Assembly (NCBI GenBank): GCA_040954595.2
Contig: CM082579.2
Coordinates: forward strand, 9,847,625 to 9,911,624
Direction: 5' to 3'
Length of the DNA: 64,000 bases
Source: Balanoglossus misakiensis
Taxonomy: Eukaryota; Animalia; Hemichordata
The notes beneath the pieces were generated by a model. It had not been told where the DNA came from, did not search any database, and was given only the letters and a program-made list of their open reading frames with translations. Below are positions 1-12,404 of this stretch, piece after piece. A program made the translations under genes and the position numbers. Position 1 is the first letter of the stretch. Each line of letters begins with the position of its first letter.

Positions 1-2954
1 GGTGTGGCAGTTACACCATTACTACTTCCTCGCAGAAGATGACGTGACGACATTGACAATTGGATCATTAGGAAGAAACGGTTTGTGACTTAATTCTCAG
101 AAGATTAATTATGCAAGAAAGCATGAACAGTTTTCTATAATATCAAAGACATGATTATCATCCGTGCTAATTGATGTCAAATCTGTAACATTTAACTTTT
201 CCCATAACATCCTAGCAAAGACGAACATTCCAATGCTTATTCTCATTCTAGTTGGCCTTTAATGTCATCATCTAGATATAGAGAAGGGGGTAACAAATTT
301 GATTTTTAACCTAAGATAAATGTTAGTTTGATCATGTCGTTATGGGTTAAATTTTTAGATATTCTATATCGACAGATTTTATTCGTTCATTTATAGTTAT
401 GCTGCACGATTATATCCCTTTATGTACAAATATATATGCTGATTTTATTGAGGTAAAACCAGTCAAAGTCTTCTACGATGAAATAATTTCTTACCATAGG
501 TGGAGACTGTGACAACTCTTTCACATAAAGAAATGATGAAGTCGAGTCCACCTTCTTAAAGTTTGTATGTTTCCTCAATAGCCTTAGCCCTTGACGGCGT
601 AGAAGTACGCATGCTCCGCGAAGGACAACGTGATAACCACCAAGATCCGAATCATCCGGTGAACGACCTCTCAAGCGACGTTCATGTTGAAATACAGAAA
701 GTGGGAGATATGTATTCAGTACATGCACGGTGGGACGTTATTGATGTGGAAAGTCCAATCACAGAGAATATATGGGCCATTGGTACAGTTAAAGGTAAGT
801 TATATAAGGAGACCATCATGTATGGTTATTTATATAAAATGGTTTATGGTTATTTATATAAAACAAATACCAAAATGGTGTTTTGTATATTGTCTCAGCT
901 AATGTGTGTGGTGACATTTCCGCCAAAGAACTTCTATAATAACACAATTTTCAGATGGTAAACCCTGATGTGATTAACTGTTCCATTCATAAGGTGGAAC
1001 TCAGCTGCAAGGTTTCACGTCGACTGGATGGAAAACGTCAGGAACATGTTACGACTTGGCGCTTTTTCAAGGAACGTGGGTCTATGTCACCGTTGTAACG
1101 AGAAACGCGGCAGAACTTGAATCTGTCATCTATTCTGATGCCATTGTGGTCGATGCTACGCCTCCACTTTTATGTTGTGCAAAGGTAAATTCTTCCAAAG
1201 ACACTGCTTGCAATTATATTTTACAATTTGAAAGTTCAGTTTGTGTCAAATTTTTCAAATTTCGTCATTTTCCTTCCTGTATTTGTTTTGTTCAGTTGCC
1301 AAGGCACACTTTTCGTTTCTGTATCGTGTATTCACATTTTATTCATAAAACCATATTTCGCTGTGTTATGATCTTAATGCAACCAGGATGGCGACGCTGA
1401 AAAAGATATTGACCATCAGAATTCACCGATATTATCAATTCATTGGTCAGTCAGTGAGCCAGAGGGCAGAATGGACTATTGTGAAGTGGCTGTCGGTGAG
1501 GACAATTTAGTACTTTTTTACAAGTTATATGCGATACAGTTCAAACATATAGAATTGGTAAACTATAGGCAGTATTTTATTCACTGACTTGTTTATAGAG
1601 TGCTCGACCTCCAACATCATTCCTGAAGGCCTTAAATGTCTTCTACCTTTCATCCTCCAGGACAAAGCCCAGGTTCTGCAGAAATTCAAGACTTCAAAAC
1701 TTCTGAAACAATCAACCACACAACGATTGACGTCACTGGTCGTATTCACCATGGACAAACGCTGTTTTCAACCATCCGTTGCCACAATTACATTGGCTTA
1801 ACAAGCACAATCTCAACCGATGGTGTTACTATGGTGACCGATTCGCCTGTAGCTGACAACGCAGTGGCGCAGTTGACAACACCATCAGCAACTTACTATC
1901 CGACGAGAGGGGATCATCAGTCAATAACAAATGCCGTTTATTTCGCTTGGCAAGGATTTAGTGATTTGTCCGGAATATCGCATTACCAGGTAACTGCTCT
2001 TACTCATAAATGTTACTACAATAATTATTATATTTGTAAAAGTCTATATTTCAAATATTTCAGCAGCAGGTCCGCAATTCAAAATTTTTCTTTGTGTTGT
2101 GATTTTAGTTCATGGTGCAAAATAAAGACCGACGAATTCTCGACTGGAGCAATATTGGTGAAGATGGTGAAATGTTTGCATTGCTACAAGGTGTTCGTCT
2201 TCATTCTTACGAGTCTTATGAATTGGTTGTCAGAGCTGTGAACTATGTTGACCTGTACAGCAAAGGCGTTGCCGTCAATCTTACAATTGAAACGGAGCCA
2301 CCTGTCATCACAGGTGAGATAATCATGGCTAAAACAAGGAACGGGCGATCAAGATAATTTTAGTTTAGTTAATATTCTTGCAAGATAATAGTAATGTGGC
2401 AGGACCGGATTACTAGAAGTTGCAGCGTCTCTCTTTAAGTCACAATTTTGCACGGTGACTCCAAATCCCTATCCCCAATTTTACGAGAGACTAAAGCTGG
2501 CTTGAGCAAAATAGGAGAATGGGTTTAAGACTTGGATTTTCGAGGCGTTTACTATTTTAATCCAGGAGATCAGATAAACGTCACGTTGTCGTCTGTGGCA
2601 GATTGCGTTTTGACTGCACTCAAACTGCCTTTGTCAGTACGCCAACCCTTGTGTGCTCATTCCCTAATATCTGCGTCCGTTCTTAACACAGGAGATATAT
2701 CCGTCACGTGGTTGTCTAATGATAGATTGCATTTAGACTGGACTGGCGCCTTTATCAGCAACTCAACCCTCGTCTACGAGCTGACAGTTGGCACGGCCTA
2801 CTCTAGCAGCGACGTGGTGCAATGGTTGGAGACCACGGAAACTCAGATGACAGTGGGTGGCGTTGATCCGTCCAAGGAGTACTACACGGTCATCACAGCA
2901 ATAAATGAAGCCGGTCTGTACAACTCTAACAACTATGTTGTTGCCTGTTGTTGA
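1..2954 (+). CDS. 3' part of a large multi-exon extracellular protein with Fn3-like/beta-sandwich repeats (uncharacterised invertebrate family); 5' end outside the window
   Basis: GT-AG exons join in frame: 1-80, 582-794, 994-1184, 1387-1495, 1661-1989, 2109-2313, 2692-2954 (TGA). Repeated motifs of the W.D.ESGI..Y / WAIGT..GG.Q / V.A.N.AGL / V.VD.TPP type. Confidence 0.8.
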
Positions 2955-4172
2955 TGAATCATCATAGATATAGAACTATTATTCGTGCGTGGAAGTGAGC
3001 TTTTGCTTTGCCTGATATTAGTGAACTTTTTATTTTATGAGAATTATCAAATAACATGTTTACTTTCAAAGCACGGTGTAACCGGGTAATTGCTAAATTG
3101 AATTAGACTTTAACACGCGATGAAATATAGATAAATGAAAAATTACGACGTCAATGATATATTAGAAAACAAAGATACCGCGATTGAACCAATATATACA
3201 AGGAGCATTTGTACGACTCGAAACTAGATAATAACAATGAAAGCAAATTAAGATGTGCAACCTTTAGAAAAAATAATCCAAATATCATACTGGAGAATAT
3301 TCATGCCCGCAACATTCTAATCAAATTCATTTACAGTTAAATACGTCCATTGTATTTCCGTCCGGCTGTCACAATGCTTGTCATTTATAGAGCTTGTCAT
3401 TGCGGCTGTATGCACATTTTTAAAAATACTTTCAAGCCGTGTAGATTTTATGTGTGAATGAATTAAATGCCAGAATGGCTGCAAACGTACAACGTTGTTG
3501 AAGTCGTTATTTGTACCATGATTTCTCAGTAAAGTAGATGACGCCATGTCTTAATGGGCCTCGACCAGTGTCAAATGACTTGACGACGTTTTCTGGTTAC
3601 ACCATTGTTGGTCGATGCTTCATCAACTACTAGTAACAAAACTGTCTGTGACAGCGATCGGTCTTTCTGCCGTTGCTTCTGAAGTAAGTGTACAGCGTAT
3701 GTAAATACCAAAAAATGGCAACGAGTGTCCCTGCCCTATCTTAATAAAACCGGATTACTCAAAATGATGTCGGACGATTATGACGTAATCCCCTTGAACA
3801 CCACAATGTGACAGCAACATTTTAAACATTTTTTCACCCATTTTCGGGAATTGGGAAATAATTGTCCATTGTCTTCATGTCTAAATCAACACTCGAGAAA
3901 TAATGTGGAAAAAGTAATGACGGTTTACTTTTGAACGATGTGCTAAAGCGTTGAACAGGTTAAAAGCCTGGAAGCAAGGGCACTTACCACGATCGCTGCC
4001 CTGGTGTAACGGTTCTGTAGGACGAACGCTTCCCACAAGTAGGGCTCCTCAGCTTATTCGTTAATTTTACTACCGGGTTCCCCATGCATAAAGGAAGTGC
4101 CTGATTGGCCAAAAGTGATCTCTATCAGGATACGCACAGCGATGCAAGGTTATCAGTTATATGTTCTCCGAC

Positions 4173-4263
4173 AGAGAGTGAGTGAGTGAGAAAGAGAGAC
4201 AGCGTGAGAGAGAGACAGCGTGAGAGAAAGAGAGAGAGAGATTAAGAGAGAGAGAGTGAGAGC

Positions 4264-4324
<61 letters not shown>

Positions 4325-4368
4325 TGAGAGTGAGAAAGAGATTAAGAGAGTGAGAAGAGACAGAGAGA
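4173..4368. repeat. (GA)n-rich microsatellite (copy at about 19791-20004)
   Basis: Seen directly in the sequence. Confidence 0.95.
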
Positions 4369-4951
4369 AATCGGAAAGGCATATCATAGTGGCTAATGTT
4401 ATTCGCCCCACCGATGCTGTGAGCCACCAGATATTAAACAGTTTTAGTCGACTGATGTTGTGTCCTGTACGTTGTAAATGTATGCTTGACCACGTTTAGG
4501 GAATTTTATGATATTCTGGGTACTGACTGTACAAGTCAAGTATTGTATCACATCATTTTACGCCTAGTATTAAAATATTGTAAAGAAACAGCAACCAGTT
4601 GCAATCTCGAAAATATGCCGCAGAGATTTGGCGGTTGTTGGCCTGCATCAAGAATGTATAAAAAAAACCTCTAACACCCTTTCTGCGCGACGCATATTAC
4701 ATCAGTTTGATTTGATTTCCTTATTTCCGAGGAGGAGAATGAAAAGAGTAGCGTGCCGATCCCCCCCCCCCACCCGTTGATATAATGTCCAACATCCTCA
4801 AAACGTTTAAAAGTGATAAATTCGCAATTTCCGATTATGTCACTTCTCCGTATTCGAAAGATATCCAACCCGGTCAATCTCTAGAAATTAAGGTTATACG
4901 AACCAAATGAATGAAAGCAATGACAACATACCAGTGCCATAACCAATTATG

Positions 4952-4957
4952 TTTATT
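4952..4957 (-). terminator. Candidate polyadenylation signal of subtilisin copy 1
   Basis: AATAAA on the minus strand about 160 nt past the predicted stop; also present in copy 2. Confidence 0.4.
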
Positions 4958-5118
4958 CCCGAAAGATAATAACAACACCAACGATAACTGCAAGAGACTG
5001 GCCCATGCAGGCGTGATGTTTAAAATACTATTCACTACGAGGAGAATCGAAAGTCAAAAATTGAAATCAATTGCCACTTTTCCGTGCATGCATGTGGCAG
5101 TGTTACCGCGAATGATGC

Positions 5119-8100
5119 CTATCTTCCCTGTTGAGTTTCAGTGAACGCTGATTTGGGGTCCACAGTCATCACAGTCGGTTCCATTGTAATGGCATGTATT
5201 CTCAATCTAACTGAAAGAAAATTTTAATATTATGGTGCGTTGCCCCGAATCGTTCTTTACTACATCAAATTAAACATTATATAGTCTGTATATCTGTCTG
5301 TCAATGTATGTATGTATGTATGTATGTATGTATGTATGTATGTATGTATGTATGTATGTATGTATGTATGTATGTATGTATGTATGTATGTATGTATGTA
5401 TGTATGTATGTATGTATGTATGTATGTATGTATGTATGTATGTATGTATGTATGTATGTATGTATGTATGTATGTATGTATGTATGTATGTATGTATGTA
5501 TGTATGTATGTATGTATGTATGTATGTATGTATGTATGTATGTATGTATGTATGTATGTATGTATGTGTGTGTGTGTATGTATGTATGTATGTATGTATG
5601 TATGTATGTATGTATGTATGTGTGTATGTATGGCAAGTGCGTAGTACATGTGCATTTAATACTAAGAATTAACTTCATTTACCCAGATGCAATACGCTGT
5701 AAACACTTCTACTAATGTTGGATATTTTTCTCCATATGGCATATTAAATAATAAAATGTTTTCACAGTAAAATTCTACTCACTTCTATAGTCAACGCATT
5801 GAGAGCATGAACAGTGGTTTGCAGTGTTGCCGCACCAGCCATAAGGTGAACAACAAGGATATTCACTACCAGGGTCACATTCTGCTGGAGTGCCGTCAGG
5901 AAGGGGGTAGGAAGGTCCACATCTTCCATCGTCTCGCCATTTTTTGTCTTCTACTGCATATTCAGATTGTGGACAAATAAATGAGAAATGTTTACAAATA
6001 CTTTTTAGTACAATAGACTGAAATATTCAGTCGTTAGCGGGCGCTCTGCTGTCTCCGCAACATCCGGTCCGCGGTTGGGTGGTCATGGAGCGCCCGAACG
6101 CATGCACACCGATGAAAATTTAAGCAATAATTTCCCGCCGAGTATAGATTAAAGTAAAATGCTACTCACTTCTATAGTCAACGCATTGAGAGCATGAACA
6201 GTGGTTTGCAGTGTTGCCGCACCAGCCATAAGCTGAACAACAATGATAGCCATTACCAGGGTCACATTCTGCTGGAGTGCCGTCAGGAAGGGGGTAGGAA
6301 GGTCCACATCTTCCATCGTCTCGCCATTTTTTGCCTTCTACTACATATTCAGATTGTGGACAAATAAACAAGAAATGTTTACAAATACAATAGACTGAAA
6401 TATTCAGTCGTTACCGGGCGCTCTGCTGTCTCCGCAACATCCGGTCAGTTGGGGGTGGTCATGGAGCGCCCTAACGCATGCATGCACACCGATGGATATT
6501 TTAGCAATTATCACATACATAGTTCTGCAATAATCTCCCGCCGAGGGCAGTTATACAACGAGATATAGAACAATTTAAGAAATTTGTGCATATATGGAGT
6601 GACTGGTGCTATATCCAGTGGTATACCCACCTATACGCGGGGTTGATTGCTATTACATTGTATATATGAACTTCAGATTGTTATTTTCTAGACATTAGCA
6701 TAAATAAGAATGGTGTTTCTCGCAACAGTGGTTAAATAAACTTAAAAAGGGTGCATTGAAACAAATGTGTATCTCCTCACCATTGGCGGGAATATTCAGG
6801 AGTTTATTCGGTGTTGAGGAACTGTCAGACAAACGGGACAGGTCTATTTTTCCTGTTTGGGCAGCGTCCAACAACTTGTTTAACATCGTCGATTGTGTAA
6901 GGGATGGATCCGCTTGAAGCAACAGGGCGGCAACACCTTGAGGAAATAGAGAGAAATTTATTACGGGAACAGGCACTGTCGACATCATTGGGAATGAACA
7001 GATGACTGCAAGATTTTATTCTGATTTAGCTTTACATAGATTTGCTTAGAGCGTGCCCTCAGAATACATCAAGACCTCAGAGTACATCAAGGCACTCTTA
7101 CCAGCAACATGGGGAGTTGCCATCGATGTTCCACTCATAGTGATGTAGCCGTCGTCCCAATTGTGGGAAGCACTTCTGACGCCACTTCCGGGTGCCAGAA
7201 TATTGACGCAGCTGCCGTAATTAGAGTACCCAGCTAAACCATCATTGGATTCGGTAGCTCCCACCGTAATTGCCTGTAACATACAGAAACAGTAGCCATC
7301 TACCAGTCAGTAGTGCTTTAGTCTGGCCATGTACGACACACAGTGGAAGTTAAATATGGACAATGGACGTGGGCAGGATATTTTCAGAAACAAATACATG
7401 TCACATACAGTGGAGCGAAAGGTATAATTTTAACCGTCGCTATGGATACTTCACGGTGAAATCAAAATAAGAACTCAGCATTTGGTGGAGACTTTGCTGA
7501 GCTAAATACGAACAGATACAGCTACACACAGGGGCGTTAACATCTCCATTTTATTCATTTCTAAGATGGCACGTATATTCATGGTGATCGTATGTCACCT
7601 TTCTGCTTTGAGTCATGCCTCAATATGTTTCAAATGTTTTTGCAATACTTCAAATGTAATACGCTACCTCAGGAGCCGAAGCAGGTGACACCACGCATGC
7701 GTCTCTATTTTCGTTTCCAGCAGCAACAATCACGATGTACCCAGCATCGGTTAAACGTTTGACTGCCAAATTCTGAGCTGAGGAATATCCACCGCCCAGC
7801 GACATGGAGACCACTGCTGGTTTCATTTCGGAAGCAGCGACTGCATCCATACCTGAAAGGATAAATCACGAAAACCTTGATGCTGTGGGCGTCTATGAAG
7901 GAGATTTATTTTAGTTTGAAACAATTTTGTACGGATTTCACGCTAAATTTTTCGTTCACCTTGTATAAAAACAACGATAATTACAATGTTTCTTTTTGTC
8001 AATTATTTGATGTAATAATTATAAAACTAGTTACGTTGACTCAGTCTTACCTGCAATAACGCCGCTGGTTGACCCACTACCAGAGCAACTCAAAACACGA

Positions 8101-10357
8101 CCCGCATACAATGTAACACCAGGTGCAACACCAACAGTGCTCCCACCGATAGTACCAGCACAGTGAGTACCGTGTCCTTGACAGTCGTTCCCCTTAACAA
8201 CGCGCAATATATCCAGAAATATTTGTTATTGCATATATCTCAAATTAGAACGTAAAACCGAAAAAGTGTATTGTCTCCCAAACGCAACAGGGATCAAAGG
8301 TGATAGTATTTTTAAAACAGGTGAACTTTTCCATTCCCTTTTCATACAGACGCACAATTACAACTATTTCAAGATTTTTCAGATATCCAGAAATATCGAA
8401 TTATTAAAATGATTTCTTTGAAACTGCAGTGACAATTTTGCGAGTTACTTGCAGTTTTGCAGAACAAAATATAACATTTATACTCTAAAAAGTGATCAAA
8501 TAAAAGGGGGTATATTCAAGACCTTATTCTAATAAAACAAAATGCATGCAACAATGTCAGTTGTGAGTTTGTCATAGAAATGTGTTTCTCACAACAAACA
8601 CACTACGTAGTACGACAGAAGAACCTTGGAAACATTGTCATTTGATTCTATACTTCTCAAACAATGGCGTCTTTATGATGCAACTTACATTTTGTCCGTC
8701 TAGAAAGGCGTCAAAAAAAGGAAGTGCTCTACCACCAAACTCGTTATGTGAGTAACGTATGCCAGTATCCAATACAAAGACATTCACGCCACTACCATCC
8801 CCTTTAAATAAACAAATAAATAATATTAAGTTATTGCGATCGCATTTTCTTTTGTAAATTACAGCTATGCAAATTAACCATTTTGTTAAACATACACTCA
8901 ACTAAAGCTGGCGAAGTCAAACTCTCAAGTGATAAGTGATTCAAAAAAGAGTTGTGCGTATTGTTAACGATTACTGGGCACTTAACATTGGGGTATATTA
9001 CTTGAGGAAGATCGATCATTCTATTAGATAAAACAATTCCGATGTCAAATATTTCAAAAATGAGTGTAAAGTGTATATCAAGAAATGTGCAGGTTTACCT
9101 AGTGGTGATGATGAATAAAAACTATCCAAAGGCAGGTCAGCCTGATTAATCCTATCCAAACCCCACTCTACATTTCCATGGACAACTTCGTCTTCTTCAA
9201 CAAACTCTACCTCGTCCAGCCAACGCAGCTAAATGAAAACAGAATGATACTAATTACTACAAGGAACGAAAATACATTCATTCATTCATTCATTCATTCA
9301 TTCATTCATTCATTCATTCATTCATTCATTCATTCATTCATTCATTCATTCATTCATTCATTCATTCATTCATTCATTCATACATACATACATACATACA
9401 TACATACATACATACATACATACATACATACATACATACATACATACATACATACATACATGTACATACATACATACATACATACGTGGCTGTAGGAATT
9501 AATGATAACAAAATGCACACATACTATATCAACTGCTCCACTGGGAATTCTGGCGACGAATCCTTTCATCAATTTTGTCACATTTATTTGAAAATCAATG
9601 TGCCAGCCATGCTCTTCACAAAGTGCTTGAAATTTGTCTTCGAGTTCGCCTAATTCTTCATCGGTAAGGTCGTCCTGAATGAAATGAGATAATATGTATT
9701 GATTGCGCGAAGTGGTTGCAAATTCAGTGATAAGTGTAGTAAGTCGCTAATTGTTCATTCGACTTGGATTTATAGGCCCATCCTTGACTCACAGAACCTC
9801 TCGTTGCCTGCGCAGACATATTGTCGGATTGAACGATTGGTCTTAATGGCCGAGTGAAACCTGGCCTGCGAGTCTGCACAACACCATATGGCGAATCTCC
9901 TAGCGACGGGGGCTCATCATTGTGCAACATGTCAAGAGCCTTGTACCGAACCGTATATAGGCTGCGGGAGAACTAAGGCCCACCAATACCTGTAGAAGTG
10001 AATAATTCTGTAGAAATATATAGAGAATGTTTTGTCTGTGTACGACATTGCTTATCTGGAAACATGGGGTCAGCTGTGAAAATGTGACCCTTTTAACACA
10101 ACACATTGAATTCGGAGACGTGTGTGTTCACCAGAACTTCTACCCACCCTTAGTTTTACAATGTATTCCTCTTCTATCTTCTCGTCTCCAGCGTGGATCA
10201 GTGGAGCTTGATGTTCACGTTTGACGAAGCTTGGACGCAGTGCACGGATTCTTCGCTCTTCCTCAATCTCCCTCTTATTTGTGCTGGCAGCTGTGATCTG
10301 AACCACAAGTAATGCTAACATGCAAAACCAGATCGCCGCGGAGTGTGATGTGACCAT
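5119..10357 (-). CDS. Secreted S8A subtilisin-like serine protease (proteinase K/aqualysin-like) with I9-type propeptide and two C-terminal hevein-like chitin-binding modules, copy 1
   Basis: Coding exons 10357-10148 (signal peptide [24 protein letters not shown]), 9674-9525, 9228-9099 (WGLDRI), 8801-8689 (VLDTG, catalytic Asp), 8192-8051 (HGTHCAG, His), 7852-7668 (AAGN), 7273-7102 ([11 protein letters not shown], Ser), 6936-6781, 6340-6170 and 5953-5783 (CCSxxGWCG), 5210-5119. All junctions are GT-AG and phase-compatible; the terminal exon is the least certain. Confidence 0.9.
5304..5632. repeat. (ATGT)n microsatellite in the last subtilisin intron (copy at 20941-21139, shorter)
   Basis: Seen directly in the sequence. 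Confidence 0.97.
9274..9485. repeat. Compound (ATTC)n(ATAC)n microsatellite (copy at about 24782-24958)
   Basis: Seen directly in the sequence. Confidence 0.97.
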
Positions 10358-10899
10358 GATCGCCTGAAATACAATAACGTCACATAAAATCTTATAAAAA
10401 ACGTATTTTGAAGACAGACAGACATACTGCAATATGAATTTATATACTTTCTGAAATTTAAGAGCATTCAAAGAGAGAACAAATTATTCGGAAAATGTTA
10501 TTTCTGTAATCAAATTTCTACAGATCTTATCGACAAGGTCCTTCTGTACACATCAACTTTAAAATACATTCTAGGCTTGCTGCAGATTTTACTCTTTATG
10601 TCACAAGTTTGTAAGCAGTTACATTGTTTGGTACATTGCACGATTGTGTAGTAATATACACGTGTACAAATAACCTTACCGAATGCTTGTATCAGGCAGA
10701 TGGTGGGAGTTGAAAAAGAAACTTTGTCGACGTTCAAAATTTGGTTATTTTTTTTTCAAAAGTGTGGCATAATTGTACAAAAGTCTTCGCTCAATTATCG
10801 CATTATTACAGTGAATGTTGTTCCACACTCATGTTAAATTTACTTCCACAGTTATGTGAGACTAGTTCTACCGAATAGTGTAAGCTTCAAGAAACATAC

Positions 10900-11006
10900 C
10901 TTCGTTCTCGCCGCCGTTTACCAAGCAGATTGTGAAAGTCGAACAAACGACTTTGTCGACGTACCAAGTTGTACTAACTATGCTTGTTGGAAGTAGGGGT
11001 TTTATA
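10900..11006 (-). promoter_or_regulatory. TATA box and probable non-coding first exon of subtilisin copy 1
   Basis: TATAAAA at 11006-11000 (minus strand). About 100 nt downstream is a splice donor (AAG/GTATGT) near 10900. The first coding exon starts with a CAG acceptor 6 nt before the ATG. Confidence 0.6.
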
Positions 11007-12404
11007 GACCAGCGGTAATTATTGTGTTAAAAAATTCACGCATACATTTCTCTCCTATTAAGGACGTGGCACCCTATCTTTGGCCAAGACACTCAGTGCG
11101 TAACTAGACGCTGACGATATTGATATGCAAATTACATAAGTCAAAATTTTAAAGCAGGCTTTTCGTAGTAATTGAATGAACCAGGGAAAGCTGTGTGGTC
11201 GATATATCTGTGGATCCCAGCATACACGTACAATTCTGGAAAAAAATATTCATACATTGTATGTTTACATTCAAAGTAATATCTTCTCTGCCCGTCGCTA
11301 ACTTGAAAACAACACCGAATTAAGCCGCGCCGAGCAGAAATATGTCGTCTTCCAAAAAATCAAATTTGATGCAGCAGCCAAAAGGATGCAAATACCCTTC
11401 TTCATTCTGTGCATATTAAATATTTCAAACAACAGAATTTACTTTTTAATGAATAACAAGGCTGTATTCATTAACGGGTTGTAAATTGCCTGTGTTAATA
11501 GATCCCAGTGTATATGTATTAATGAAAACTGGATGAATTTGTTATTAAACTAAGGCTTGAAATATTGCCACTCTTTCATTCTATGTACTTCTACGTTGCA
11601 GTATTTTTTATCGGCTTGCTGAATAGATAATGGGATAGGCTAAGATTTCATTTTCTTTTTAAATAAATTTTGTATCAATAACCGATAAAGCAAAGTAATC
11701 TATACATCTTGTGGGAACTTTCCACGGATTCAAATATGTATACAAATCGCATGCAAACATTTAGCATATTAGGCGCCCGTTTACAATTTACAATTTACGC
11801 AACGGTGCTTGACATGAATAATTGTTTAGGGATTGCTTGAATATTTTATAAGTTTTGACAAAGACACATGAAAATGCAGGCCGTCCCCCTTCCCCCCACA
11901 CACACTCAACCACCACGTGGTCCAAGTCCATCTTGTATGTTTCTGTGTTCTGGAAGGGAAATTGTCGTCCAGAATCCATTTATAAGGGTGGATCTACCTT
12001 GGCTTGTTCATTAACAGTACTCGAGCACAGAAATCCGCACTCATAAGTGTGCGGAAGGGATAAAAGCAGATGTTGGCACACATCACTTTCCTATATAGCT
12101 GCTGTCCTGAACACTGGCCAATCTAGAACTGAAATACCGTACTGGAAAAAGTGCATTGGTCTACAGTATACTCTCCCGCCATATTCCCAACAGGTGTGAT
12201 TGTTCAATCAAAATAAGCTGACGTCAAAGCAATGTCATTTTAAACATCTAGTCTAGTGGCGTCACATGTCTGTTGTGAAACCCGGTACTAATTAGATAAA
12301 AAGGAGGACTAAAAATAACATAGGGCCTAAGCCTTGAAGGAAAAGTATAAATTGTAGGCTTTTAATCCAGCTTTCGCTGAACAAGAAACCGTACTTGTTA
12401 CATA

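Noticed and set aside
815-862. Duplicated YGYLYK in ORF 563-961, and the 28-bp tandem duplication at about 43302-43354
   Set aside because: Small intronic slippage duplications beyond the splice donors.
5260-5715. ORFs of MYVC/HTYI repeats (also at about 9178-9581, 20907-21222, 24681-25126, 49466-49957, 56212-56942)
   Set aside because: Translations of tetranucleotide microsatellites within introns.
6415-6470. Possible 56-nt poison or terminal exon with in-frame TGA inside the hairpin; also considered as selenocysteine recoding
   Set aside because: No polypyrimidine tract, the splice signals are absent from the sister hairpin, and there are no SECIS features.
5119-10357. Bacterial contamination or recent horizontal transfer of the aqualysin-like protease
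   Set aside because: About ten spliceosomal introns, with positions shared among paralogs; S8A proteinase K-type genes are known in animals.
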